This document shows, piece after piece, positions 9,734 through 17,578 of a DNA stretch of 32,000 nucleotides. Under the pieces are notes generated by a model. The model saw only the letters and a list, made by a program, of their open reading frames with translations. It did no database searches and was not told the DNA's origin. The DNA is from Candidatus Saccharimonadota bacterium. Its GTDB lineage: Bacteria > Pseudomonadota > Gammaproteobacteria > Enterobacterales > Enterobacteriaceae. Each line of letters starts with the position of its first letter. Position 1 is the stretch's first letter. Position numbers and translations under genes: made by a program. The stretch is from contig CP145872.1 in assembly GCA_041941795.1 (NCBI GenBank), forward strand, positions 240,001 through 272,000. Direction: 5' to 3'.

Positions 9734-11683
9734 TCATTTTTTATCTTTATCTTTATCTTTATCTTCTTTGACTTCTTCAAACTCCGCATCTACCACATCT
9801 TTATCTTTTCGGGGTTCATTCTGTGATTCTGATCCTCTTGTTACGGAATCATCTTGGGATGGTTGTTCTGTTTTATTATAAAGCTCTATTAATTTACTTG
9901 AGATTTGTATTAAGGATTGTATTTTAGCCTCTATTGAAGCTTTATCTTCTCCTTTCACGACTGAATCGAGTTCTTCTAATGCTTTTTCAATGTTCTGTTT
10001 ATCATCATAAGGTAACTTACTACTTACTTCTTGTAGTTGTTTACGTGTGCTATGTGATAAATGATCGGCTTGATTGCGTAATTGTACTAATTCTTCAAAT
10101 TTACGATCTGCTTCAGCATGTGATTCTGCATCTCGCACCATATTTTGGATTTCTTTTTCATTTAATCCGGACGAAGCTTTAATAATAATTTTTTGTTCTT
10201 TGCCACTTTTCTTATCTTTTGCTGAAACATGTAAAATACCATCAGCATCAATATCAAAGGTTACTTCAATCTGTGGAATTCCTCGTGGAGCTGAATATAT
10301 GCCATCAAGATTAAATTGACCTAAAGATTTATTATCTGCTGCACGCTTGCGTTCTCCTTGTAATACATGAATAGTAACAGCAGATTGATTATCTTCTGCT
10401 GTAGAGAAGACTTGACTATGTTTAGTAGGAATAGTAGTATTTTTAGCAATAAGAGAAGTCATTACTCCTCCCAACGTTTCAATGCCTAAGGACAAAGGAG
10501 TAACATCTAATAACAACACATCTTTAACATCACCTGCTAATACCCCTCCTTGAACTGCGGCCCCAACGGCAACTGCTTCATCAGGATTGACATCTTTCCG
10601 CGGTTCTTTACCAAAAAAAGATGCCACTTTTGCTTGAACCATTGGCATTCTAGTCTGTCCCCCTACTAAGATTACATCATCAATATCACCCACCGATAAT
10701 CCGGCATCTTTTAATGCAATTTTTACTGGTTCAATAGATTGATTGACTAAATCTTCTACTAAAGATTCTAATTTTGCACGAGTAACTTTAATATTCAAAT
10801 GTTTTGGACCACTTGAATCCGCCGTTATATAGGGTAGATTCACATCTGTCTGTTGTGCAGACGAAAGTTCAATTTTAGCTTTTTCAGCAGCTTCTTTTAA
10901 ACGCTGCATAGCGAGGGAGTCATTACGTAAATCAATGCCTTGGTCCTTCTTAAATTCGGATACTAAATAGTTAATAAGACGACTATCAAAATCTTCTCCC
11001 CCTAGATGAGTATCGCCATTAGTAGCTAGCACTTCAAAAGTTTTTTCTCCATCTACATCATCTATTTCAATAATAGAAATATCAAAAGTTCCTCCTCCTA
11101 AATCGTAGACAGCAATAGTACGATTAGTCTTAGTCTTATCTAACCCATAAGCCAATGCGGCGGCAGTGGGTTCATTAATAATACGCTTAACCTCAAGACC
11201 AGCAATTCTACCTGCATCTTTAGTGGCTTGACGTTGTGCATCATTAAAGTAAGCGGGCACAGTAATTACTGCTTCACTAATAGATTCTCCTAAATAATCT
11301 TCCGCTGTTTTTTTCATTTTTTTTAAAACTTCGGCAGAAATTTGAGGCGGTGCCATTTTTTTTCCTTTAATATTTAACCAAGCATCACCATTAGCAGCAG
11401 CTATAATCTTATATGGCATAATATTTACGTCCCGTTGGACTTCTTCATCTTTAAATTTTCGTCCAATCAGCCGTTTAATAGCAAATAACGTATTTTGTGG
11501 ATTAGTGACGGCCTGACGCTTAGCTGGCTGACCTACTAGGGTTTCTCCGTCTTGAGTGAAGGCTATTATTGAAGGTGTAGTACGATCTCCTTCAGCATTT
11601 TCTAATACTCTAGGTTTTCCACCTTCCATAATTGCCACACAAGAATTGGTGGTACCTAAGTCAATACCAATAATTTTACTCAT
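9734..11683 (-). CDS. dnaK: Molecular chaperone DnaK (Hsp70)
   Basis: 649-aa [20 protein letters not shown]..., DLGGGTFD and [11 protein letters not shown] are Hsp70 signatures. A GGAG Shine-Dalgarno lies 8 nt upstream. Confidence 0.98.
   Translation of the reverse strand: MSKIIGIDLGTTNSCVAIMEGGKPRVLENAEGDRTTPSIIAFTQDGETLVGQPAKRQAVTNPQNTLFAIKRLIGRKFKDEEVQRDVNIMPYKIIAAANGDAWLNIKGKKMAPPQISAEVLKKMKKTAEDYLGESISEAVITVPAYFNDAQRQATKDAGRIAGLEVKRIINEPTAAALAYGLDKTKTNRTIAVYDLGGGTFDISIIEIDDVDGEKTFEVLATNGDTHLGGEDFDSRLINYLVSEFKKDQGIDLRNDSLAMQRLKEAAEKAKIELSSAQQTDVNLPYITADSSGPKHLNIKVTRAKLESLVEDLVNQSIEPVKIALKDAGLSVGDIDDVILVGGQTRMPMVQAKVASFFGKEPRKDVNPDEAVAVGAAVQGGVLAGDVKDVLLLDVTPLSLGIETLGGVMTSLIAKNTTIPTKHSQVFSTAEDNQSAVTIHVLQGERKRAADNKSLGQFNLDGIYSAPRGIPQIEVTFDIDADGILHVSAKDKKSGKEQKIIIKASSGLNEKEIQNMVRDAESHAEADRKFEELVQLRNQADHLSHSTRKQLQEVSSKLPYDDKQNIEKALEELDSVVKGEDKASIEAKIQSLIQISSKLIELYNKTEQPSQDDSVTRGSESQNEPRKDKDVVDAEFEEVKEDKDKDKDKK
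9743..9766 (-). repeat. Tandem hexanucleotide repeat, four copies of ATCTTT on the + strand, encoding the (KD)4 C-terminal tail of DnaK
   Basis: Direct reading of 9743-9766 gives atctttatctttatctttatcttt. The protein ends ...[12 protein letters not shown]. Confidence 0.9.
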
Positions 11684-11805
11684 CTTACCGTCTCCACTAA
11701 TTTCGTCGTCAACATAGCTGTGAACCTTTTATAAGGTCTAAATTATTTTTTTTTCAATCGACCCTATTTTCTTTATCTATATAGGTTCAGGACTTTAATA
11801 CTTAA

Positions 11806-11837
11806 AAAGTGGGGCTCCTTTTGAACTCATCAAGGGG
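11806..11837 (-). promoter_or_regulatory. Sigma32 (heat-shock) promoter of dnaK, P1-type
   Basis: The minus strand reads CCCCTTGAT-gagttcaaaaggag-CCCCACTTT. E. coli dnaK P1 reads CCCCCTTGAT-N14-CCCCATTTA, so the spacer length (14 nt) is identical. The site is about 120 nt upstream of the dnaK ATG. Confidence 0.7.
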
Positions 11838-12058
11838 TTCAAGAAAAAAATTTTCTTAACCACCATATTTTTTTCTCTTTTTTCCTAAGAGATAATTTGT
11901 CAATTGTGAAAATATATAATTTATTTTAAAATTAAAATGTATTTTATATTTTTATCTGCTTACATATTAAAACTTATATTGAGTCAGATTATAAATGGTC
12001 TTTTTCGTATTAATTTTTTTTCTTTTCAAGATGGATGTTATAAGGATAATGTAATAAA

Positions 12059-13207
12059 ATGTCTGAATACTTTTTTACTTCTGAGTCTGTATCTGAAGGT
12101 CATCCTGACAAAATTGCCGATCAAATTTCTGATGCCGTATTAGATGCAATAATACAGCAAGATTTTAGAGCACGTGTGGCATGCGAAACCTACATTAAAA
12201 CTGGGATGGTATTAGTAGGGGGAGAAATTACTACTACTGCGTGGGTAGATATTGAAGATATTGTTCGTGATACAGTACGTAAAATTGGTTATGTTAACTC
12301 CGACATGGGTTTTGATGCTAATTCATGTGCAGTAATCAATGCAATAGGAAAACAATCTACCGACATTAATTTAGGTATTAATCGTTCTCAATCGTGGTGG
12401 GACCAAGGAGCAGGAGATCAAGGGGTAATGTTTGGGTATGCGACTAATGAAACCGATGTATTGATGCCGGCTCCATTAACTTATGCTCATCGTTTGGTCA
12501 AAAGACAGTCTGAATTACGAAAAATGAAAATGCTACCTTGGTTACGTCCTGATGCCAAAAGTCAGGTAACTTTTAAATATAATAGTGGAAAAATTATGGG
12601 GGTAGATACAGTAGTTTTTTCTACTCAACATAGTGAGGAAATCACCTATCTTCAGCTCCAGGAAGCAATTATGGAAGAAATTATCAAACCGGTATTTCCT
12701 CCTCAGTGGTTAAATAATCATACTAAATATTTTATAAATCCTACTGGAAGATTTGTAATTGGTGGTCCTATGGGAGACTGTGGATTAACAGGTCGAAAAA
12801 TTATTGTAGATACTTATGGAGGCATGGCTCGTCATGGTGGCGGAGCATTTTCTGGTAAAGATCCTTCAAAAGTAGATAGATCGGGAGCATATGCCGCTCG
12901 TTATGTAGCAAAAAATATTGTAGCCGCAGGTTTAGCTGAGCGCTGTGAGATCCAAGTATCGTATGCTATTGGAATCTCGGAACCCACTTCTATTATGGTA
13001 GAAACCTTTGGTACTGGTACAAAATCTAATGAACACTTAATTTCTCTGATACGAAAATGTTTTGATCTGAGACCATATGGGATAATAAATATGTTAGACT
13101 TGTTACAACCCATATATCACGATACCGCTTCTTATGGACATTTTGGTAGATCTCATTTTTCCTGGGAACAAACAGATAAAATTTCCTTGTTAAAGGAAGA
13201 ATCCTAA
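12059..13207 (+). CDS. metK: S-adenosylmethionine synthase
   Basis: 382-aa [30 protein letters not shown] and [16 protein letters not shown] are MetK signatures. Confidence 0.97.
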   Translation: MSEYFFTSESVSEGHPDKIADQISDAVLDAIIQQDFRARVACETYIKTGMVLVGGEITTTAWVDIEDIVRDTVRKIGYVNSDMGFDANSCAVINAIGKQSTDINLGINRSQSWWDQGAGDQGVMFGYATNETDVLMPAPLTYAHRLVKRQSELRKMKMLPWLRPDAKSQVTFKYNSGKIMGVDTVVFSTQHSEEITYLQLQEAIMEEIIKPVFPPQWLNNHTKYFINPTGRFVIGGPMGDCGLTGRKIIVDTYGGMARHGGGAFSGKDPSKVDRSGAYAARYVAKNIVAAGLAERCEIQVSYAIGISEPTSIMVETFGTGTKSNEHLISLIRKCFDLRPYGIINMLDLLQPIYHDTASYGHFGRSHFSWEQTDKISLLKEES

Positions 13208-13239
13208 ATTTAGAGTCAAAAATAATTATTTCTTTTTAT

Positions 13240-13460
13240 TAGTGAAAGTTACCAATGTCTTGCGAGTTAAAATTAGTGACAACCAGTATTAATTTCAGGT
13301 AAATTTATTTACTTAAGAGTAAAATTGGCACATATCTATTTTATTCGTTAGTGAAAATTATAATCATCAAATAACAATATTAATTGTTATCACGACAGAA
13401 TCTCTATAAAATAATACATCAAATCAACATAAAAATAGGCATAATATCCATTCTTGATCA
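13240..13460 (+). pseudogene. rsmE: Possible strongly deleted remnant of 16S rRNA m3U1498 methyltransferase gene
   Basis: E. coli has rsmE directly upstream of gshB. 13324-13347 translates as IGTYLFYS (cf IGPEGGLS). 13383-13406 translates as IVITTESL* (cf the RVLRTET motif of the RsmE family). The two pieces are in different frames, and only about 290 bp are available against 730 bp in E. coli. This is weak, motif-level evidence. Confidence 0.35.
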
Positions 13461-13502
13461 CATAATACAAGAAAAATTATAAATTTTATTAGAGACTAAG
13501 AA

Positions 13503-14447
13503 ATGATTAAACTAGGTATTGTAATGGATCCTATATCTCAGATCAATCTGAAAAAAGATACGAGCTTAGCTCTTGTGAGAGAAGCTCAACGACGTAATTG
13601 GAAAATTTTTTATATGGAACTGCACGACATATATCTATGTAATGAAGTTGCTTGTGCAAAAACCAGAACCATCTCTATTCTAGAACATCAATCTCCTTGT
13701 TATTCATTTGGTCGTGACCATTATATTAATCTTAATGATCTGAATGTTATTTTCATGCGTAAAGATCCTCCGGTAGACTCAGAATTTATTTATGCTACAC
13801 ATATTATGGAACGTGCAGAAAATACCGGAACTTTAATAGTTAATAAACCACGTAGTTTACGGGACTGTAATGAAAAAATTTTTGCTTCTTGCTTTCCTCA
13901 TTTTATTCCTGATAGTTTAGTAACCAGTAATAAAGAAATAATATATAATTTCTGTTGTCTTCATGGAGATATTGTTTTGAAACCCTTAGATGGTAAGGGA
14001 GGAGAATCAATTTTTCGGTTAACTAAGAATGATCCTAATATCTCAGTAATCATTGAAATAATGACTAATTATGGTAATAATTATTGTATGGTCCAATCTT
14101 TTCTTCCTGATATCATAAAAGGTGATAAAAGAGTCTTTATAGTGGATGGCCAGCCAGTCCAATATTGTTTAGCCAGAATTCCTCCGGTCGGTGAAATACG
14201 CGGCAATTTAGCAGTAGGAGCATATGGCAAAGTACAATCTTTGTCAAAAACAGATTGGGATATTGCGAGGAGCGTAAGTTCTACTTTGAAAGAAATGGGT
14301 TTATTATTTGTAGGTTTAGATATTATTGGAAATAAATTAACAGAAATTAATATAACTAGTCCAACTGGAGTTCAAGAAATTGAAGCCGAATGTTCCTTTT
14401 CTATCACCGGAATGATCATGGATATGATAGAAAAGAAAATAAATTAG
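13503..14447 (+). CDS. gshB: Glutathione synthetase
   Basis: 314-aa ORF. MIKLGIVMDPI...MRKDPP.D.EFIYAT...LIVNKP.SLRDCNEK...GLDIIG..LTEINVTSPT closely parallels E. coli GshB. Confidence 0.95.
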   Translation: MIKLGIVMDPISQINLKKDTSLALVREAQRRNWKIFYMELHDIYLCNEVACAKTRTISILEHQSPCYSFGRDHYINLNDLNVIFMRKDPPVDSEFIYATHIMERAENTGTLIVNKPRSLRDCNEKIFASCFPHFIPDSLVTSNKEIIYNFCCLHGDIVLKPLDGKGGESIFRLTKNDPNISVIIEIMTNYGNNYCMVQSFLPDIIKGDKRVFIVDGQPVQYCLARIPPVGEIRGNLAVGAYGKVQSLSKTDWDIARSVSSTLKEMGLLFVGLDIIGNKLTEINITSPTGVQEIEAECSFSITGMIMDMIEKKIN

Positions 14448-14457
14448 AGATAATAAA

Positions 14458-14910
14458 ATGACATTTAAGACAATTTTAGCATTTGATTTTGGGACTAAAA
14501 GTATTGGGATAGCGATAGGACAAAACATTACTAACACTGCCACTCCTTTAGTATCTCTTAAAAAAATTCATCGGGGACCAGATTGGCAGCAAATTAAGAT
14601 ACATATGTGTCAATGGCAACCCGATACCATTGTTATAGGACTTCCATTAAATATGGATGGCACTGAACAATCAGTAACGAGATATACGCGGTGGTTTGCA
14701 AATCAAATAAAAATTAGATTTAAAAGACCTATTCAATTCCATGATGAAAGGTTAACCACGGTAGAAGCACGTCATCAATTATTTCTACGCAGAGGATGGA
14801 AGGCTTTGACTAAAAATAATATAGATTCGGTTTCTGCTGCCCTAATTTTAGAAAGCTTTTTATGGAATTTAAAAATAAAGAAAGATATGAATAGTACTCA
14901 CTACAAATAA
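14458..14910 (+). CDS. ruvX: Putative pre-16S rRNA nuclease / Holliday junction resolvase-like YqgF
   Basis: 150-aa ORF. ILAFDFGTKSIGIAIGQ...GLPLNMDGTEQ...HDERLTTVEA matches E. coli YqgF (LLAFDFGTKSIGVAVGQ...GLPLNMDGTEQ...HDERLSTVEA). yqgE, which lies between gshB and yqgF in E. coli, is absent. Confidence 0.9.
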   Translation: MTFKTILAFDFGTKSIGIAIGQNITNTATPLVSLKKIHRGPDWQQIKIHMCQWQPDTIVIGLPLNMDGTEQSVTRYTRWFANQIKIRFKRPIQFHDERLTTVEARHQLFLRRGWKALTKNNIDSVSAALILESFLWNLKIKKDMNSTHYK

Positions 14911-15076
14911 TGTTTTTATTATATTATTTGTTTTTCTAACAAAACACGTTAGATAGGTTTAAGGATCAAAATCCTACCCAAGAGATCTGTCTCTAATATA
15001 AATTATTAGACATCTACCCTTTTATGTTCAAAATTACCTAAAATAGTTAATGAAATTTCTAAATTATAGAAAGGAT

Positions 15077-15600
15077 AAAGCTTATATCCTCCTCAAGATC
15101 TCGAAATAATTCATTTTATGTAAAAAAAATTTTTTCCCAGAAGATAGATCTAAAAAAAAAGAGATTTTTCTGTTCACTATAAAAACATAATAGTCGACTA
15201 AGCAACGAAAACATTGTAACATGATTCAGTAAATGAATGGTAAATAGGTTACCAAATTCTTAATAAATGTTTCAACATTGAGTAGATATTTCTCTTCTTA
15301 TCAAATGAAGATAGATAAATAGAGATAATATTTTATTCAATAATGATTTTTATAAATGACTTTTTAGAAAAAATTTACGATTAATAATGACTCTTAATAT
15401 CTTGAGAGTACGTCCTCAATAAAATGAGGAAGATATAATCAAAATTTTTAGAAGTAATTTGCTCTTCTAATTAGAGAACAAGAGGATAGAATTAAGAGGA
15501 TATGAGGAGCTAGAATGATGAGTCTATTAGCTATCTGCTCCAGAAGATTATGGATTGGGACATGTAGTTTAAATTTCGTCGTTTCGGATGTATGTATAAT
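15077..15600 (+). pseudogene. yggS: Decayed PLP-homeostasis protein gene (YggS family)
   Basis: The spacer has no ORF and sits at the syntenic position between ruvX and yggT. Matches are colinear. From 15170, LFTIKT**...NGK*VTK (cf LLAVSKTK...FGENYVQE). Then RYFSSYQMK (cf WHFIGPLQSNK). At 15393, LNILRV (cf LNVLIQ). At 15483-15500, RIELRG (cf RLRLRG). From 15518, MSLLAI...LWIGT (cf MSDD..AI...VRIGT). There are several stops and at least one large deletion. Confidence 0.55.
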
Positions 15601-15646
15601 TGTTTAGTTGTTATCTATCATATAAAAGGATTCAGGTTTAAAATAA

Positions 15647-16210
15647 ATGCTTATACTATCTGTTATGATTCAAAATATTCTAGATTTATACATAATAATG
15701 TTAATACTTCGTTGTTGGATGATTTTGGTATTAGAAGATTATTCTAATCCGCTAGTTAAATTCATTATTAAAATGACCCACCCGTTATTGCATCCTTTAC
15801 AATATTTCGTGCCTCTTTCCTATCAAACTTTAGAAATTCATTCTATTGTAATAGCTTTCTTACTGACGGTTATCAAATATCTGACTATGATTTTCCTGTT
15901 AGGAAAAGAATATGAATTTATATCTATGAATATTTTTATGATAGCTATTATCAGTTTAATTAAAATAACTGGATCTTTAGTATTATGGATAATGCTCCTT
16001 AAAAGTATTATAAAATTAATAACTCAAGGCTATTATCATCCTATTGATTATATTTTAACGCAATTAACGGAACCGATTGTATCTCCTATACGTAATTATA
16101 TTCCTACTATAGGATGCCTTGATTTATCACCATTGGTAGTAGTATTAGTAATCCATTTTTTAAATGATTTAGGACTTACTATTTTTCCAACATTATGGCC
16201 ACTCTTATAA
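15647..16210 (+). CDS. yggT: YggT-family integral membrane protein
   Basis: 187-aa multi-pass hydrophobic ORF, the same length as E. coli YggT (188 aa). Shared segments: ...LY.IMLILR.WM......NP...FI.K.T.P...P......P and TQL.EPI..PIR...P..G..D.SP. Confidence 0.8.
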   Translation: MLILSVMIQNILDLYIIMLILRCWMILVLEDYSNPLVKFIIKMTHPLLHPLQYFVPLSYQTLEIHSIVIAFLLTVIKYLTMIFLLGKEYEFISMNIFMIAIISLIKITGSLVLWIMLLKSIIKLITQGYYHPIDYILTQLTEPIVSPIRNYIPTIGCLDLSPLVVVLVIHFLNDLGLTIFPTLWPLL

Positions 16211-16214
16211 AATT

Positions 16215-16440
16215 ATGGAAAATGTGGTTCTCCATTTCTAAAATTTAGAAATTAGATATTATATATAGACTCAAACTAGGTTTATATGGGGAGCGAAAAA
16301 AACATTTTCCTTATTTAACTTCTTATTAACGCATCACTTAATGAAGTTTGAGTAAAACAAATAATTTTCCTCAAAATATTATAATTTTTAGCAAGAAGAA
16401 AAATAGTTATCAGAAAGTAAAAATTATTTTTGATAAAAGA
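16215..16440 (+). pseudogene. yggU: Decayed DUF167/YggU gene, single reading frame retained but with at least six in-frame stops
   Basis: Translation from the ATG at 16215 gives [63 protein letters not shown]. It is colinear with E. coli YggU (..LVLRLYIQP...[31 protein letters not shown]) and lies directly after yggT, as in E. coli. Confidence 0.5.
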
Positions 16441-16449
16441 TCTAATCAA

Positions 16450-16472
16450 TTTATCTCTGAGGAAGAGATAAA
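16450..16472 (-). terminator. Possible intrinsic terminator of trmB
   Basis: TTTATCTC-N7-GAGATAAA forms an 8-bp stem 3 nt after the trmB stop codon. On the minus strand it is followed by TTGATTAGATCTTTTATC. The stem is AT-rich and the U-tract is imperfect. Confidence 0.35.
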
Positions 16473-16475
16473 CGA

Positions 16476-17150
16476 TTAAAGTTTTTCATACATTATATCT
16501 CTTATTATATAACCTAAACGCTGTGCTCTAATTTCAAATTTCGTGAAAGGTCTAGTCAAAGGACGTGAAACATAATCTTGATTAACTGATAAATTATTAT
16601 ATCCCGAAATGTTATTCATTATGGTAATTATTTGTTCAGCATAAGATTCCAAATCAGTAGCAATATGAAACATTCCTTGTGGCATTAACTTGCGTAAAAC
16701 TAATTCAGCAAAATATTTTTGGAGTAAACGTCTTTTATAGTGTCGTCTTTTTTTCCAGGGATCTGGAAAAAACATCTGTACTCTAAAGAGAGAGTTATCT
16801 GGAATCATCCGTTCAAGTACATCAACTACATCAGAACATATAATACGTAAATTCATAACTCCCGATTTATGTGCTAATTTGAGACAAGATCTTATTCCAG
16901 GTAAATAAACTTCAATTCCGAGAAAGTTAGTTCGCGGATTAGTTAAAGCTTGTGTTACCAATCCCGTTCCCATTCCAAATCCAATATCTAATAATAATGG
17001 TTGTTCATTAAGAAAAAAATTTTTAGCTATCAGCAACCTATTTTTATAGTTTATTCCCATCTTAGGCCAATAATCAGCTATAGCTTGTTGATATTTTTTT
17101 TGGGTACGAACACGTTGTACAAAACTTTTAATTGTCCCCGAAGACATCAT
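16476..17150 (-). CDS. trmB: tRNA (guanine46-N7)-methyltransferase
   Basis: 224-aa ORF. LDIGFGMG, FLGIEV, FPDPWKK.RH.KRR and ATD...YAE match the TrmB/YggH family. Confidence 0.9.
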   Translation of the reverse strand: MMSSGTIKSFVQRVRTQKKYQQAIADYWPKMGINYKNRLLIAKNFFLNEQPLLLDIGFGMGTGLVTQALTNPRTNFLGIEVYLPGIRSCLKLAHKSGVMNLRIICSDVVDVLERMIPDNSLFRVQMFFPDPWKKRRHYKRRLLQKYFAELVLRKLMPQGMFHIATDLESYAEQIITIMNNISGYNNLSVNQDYVSRPLTRPFTKFEIRAQRLGYIIRDIMYEKL

Positions 17151-17290
17151 GAATATTATTTCCTGCTATTAAATATCTAGGACAGTATTATTGAATTAAA
17201 AGATATATATTTTCTCCATAAATCACAAAGTAAAATGATTTAAAACTTAAGGGTAATAATAGTTTATTTTTAGAAAATATAATTTTCAAT

Positions 17291-17322
17291 AATTGTTATC
17301 TCTGTTTACCGAGATAACAATT
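17291..17322. repeat. Perfect inverted repeat with 12-bp arms and an 8-nt spacer; function unknown
   Basis: AATTGTTATCTC (17291-17302), tgtttacc, GAGATAACAATT (17311-17322). It lies in the divergent trmB/tktA spacer. On the + strand it is followed by TCCTTGTT. Confidence 0.9.
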
Positions 17323-17578
17323 TCCTTGTTAGGTCTTCTGCAATTTTTGGGTGATATAATCATCATAATCAAATAATTTTTCAAATTTTTATTAATTAAT
17401 TATTTTTTATGTAAAAAAAAATAATTATGATTGTTTCTATCTTAGAACATAAAAATTATTTTCAATAAAAATTAAGTATCTAGATCAGGAAAAATATGAT
17501 GACTTTATCAAAAAAAAAATTAAGATGTTAGAATTAATTCTTAATAAGAATATTTTTTATGGTTGAAATGAAAATTAT

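Noticed and set aside
8783-10319. Track ORFs inside dnaJ and dnaK: 8783..9010, 9169..9354, 9224..9484, 9261..9512, 9934..10182 and 10074..10319.
   Set aside because: All are embedded in or antisense to the dnaJ or dnaK coding sequence. These are shadow ORFs with no motifs.
11897-11920. TTGTCA ... TATAAT promoter-like pair upstream of metK.
   Set aside because: The spacer is only 12 nt against an optimum of 17, and TATAAT occurs by chance very often in this composition.
11937-12143. 68-aa + strand ORF overlapping the metK start in another frame.
   Set aside because: It overlaps metK out of frame and its composition looks like translated AT-rich spacer. The metK start at 12059 matches E. coli MetK from residue 1.
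13371-13390. Palindrome ATAACAAT-ATTA-ATTGTTAT, which shares the 11-mer TAATTGTTATC with the 17291 inverted repeat. I considered it as a shared operator motif.
   Set aside because: It sits inside the putative rsmE remnant, where it encodes the relic of the VLRTET region. The arms are in the opposite order to the 17291 repeat. An 8-bp AT-rich arm is expected by chance.
14911-15076. 166-bp unassigned stretch between ruvX and the yggS remnant, where a pilT/yggR remnant would be expected by synteny.
   Set aside because: I could not find any convincing colinear match by eye in any frame, so it is left unannotated.
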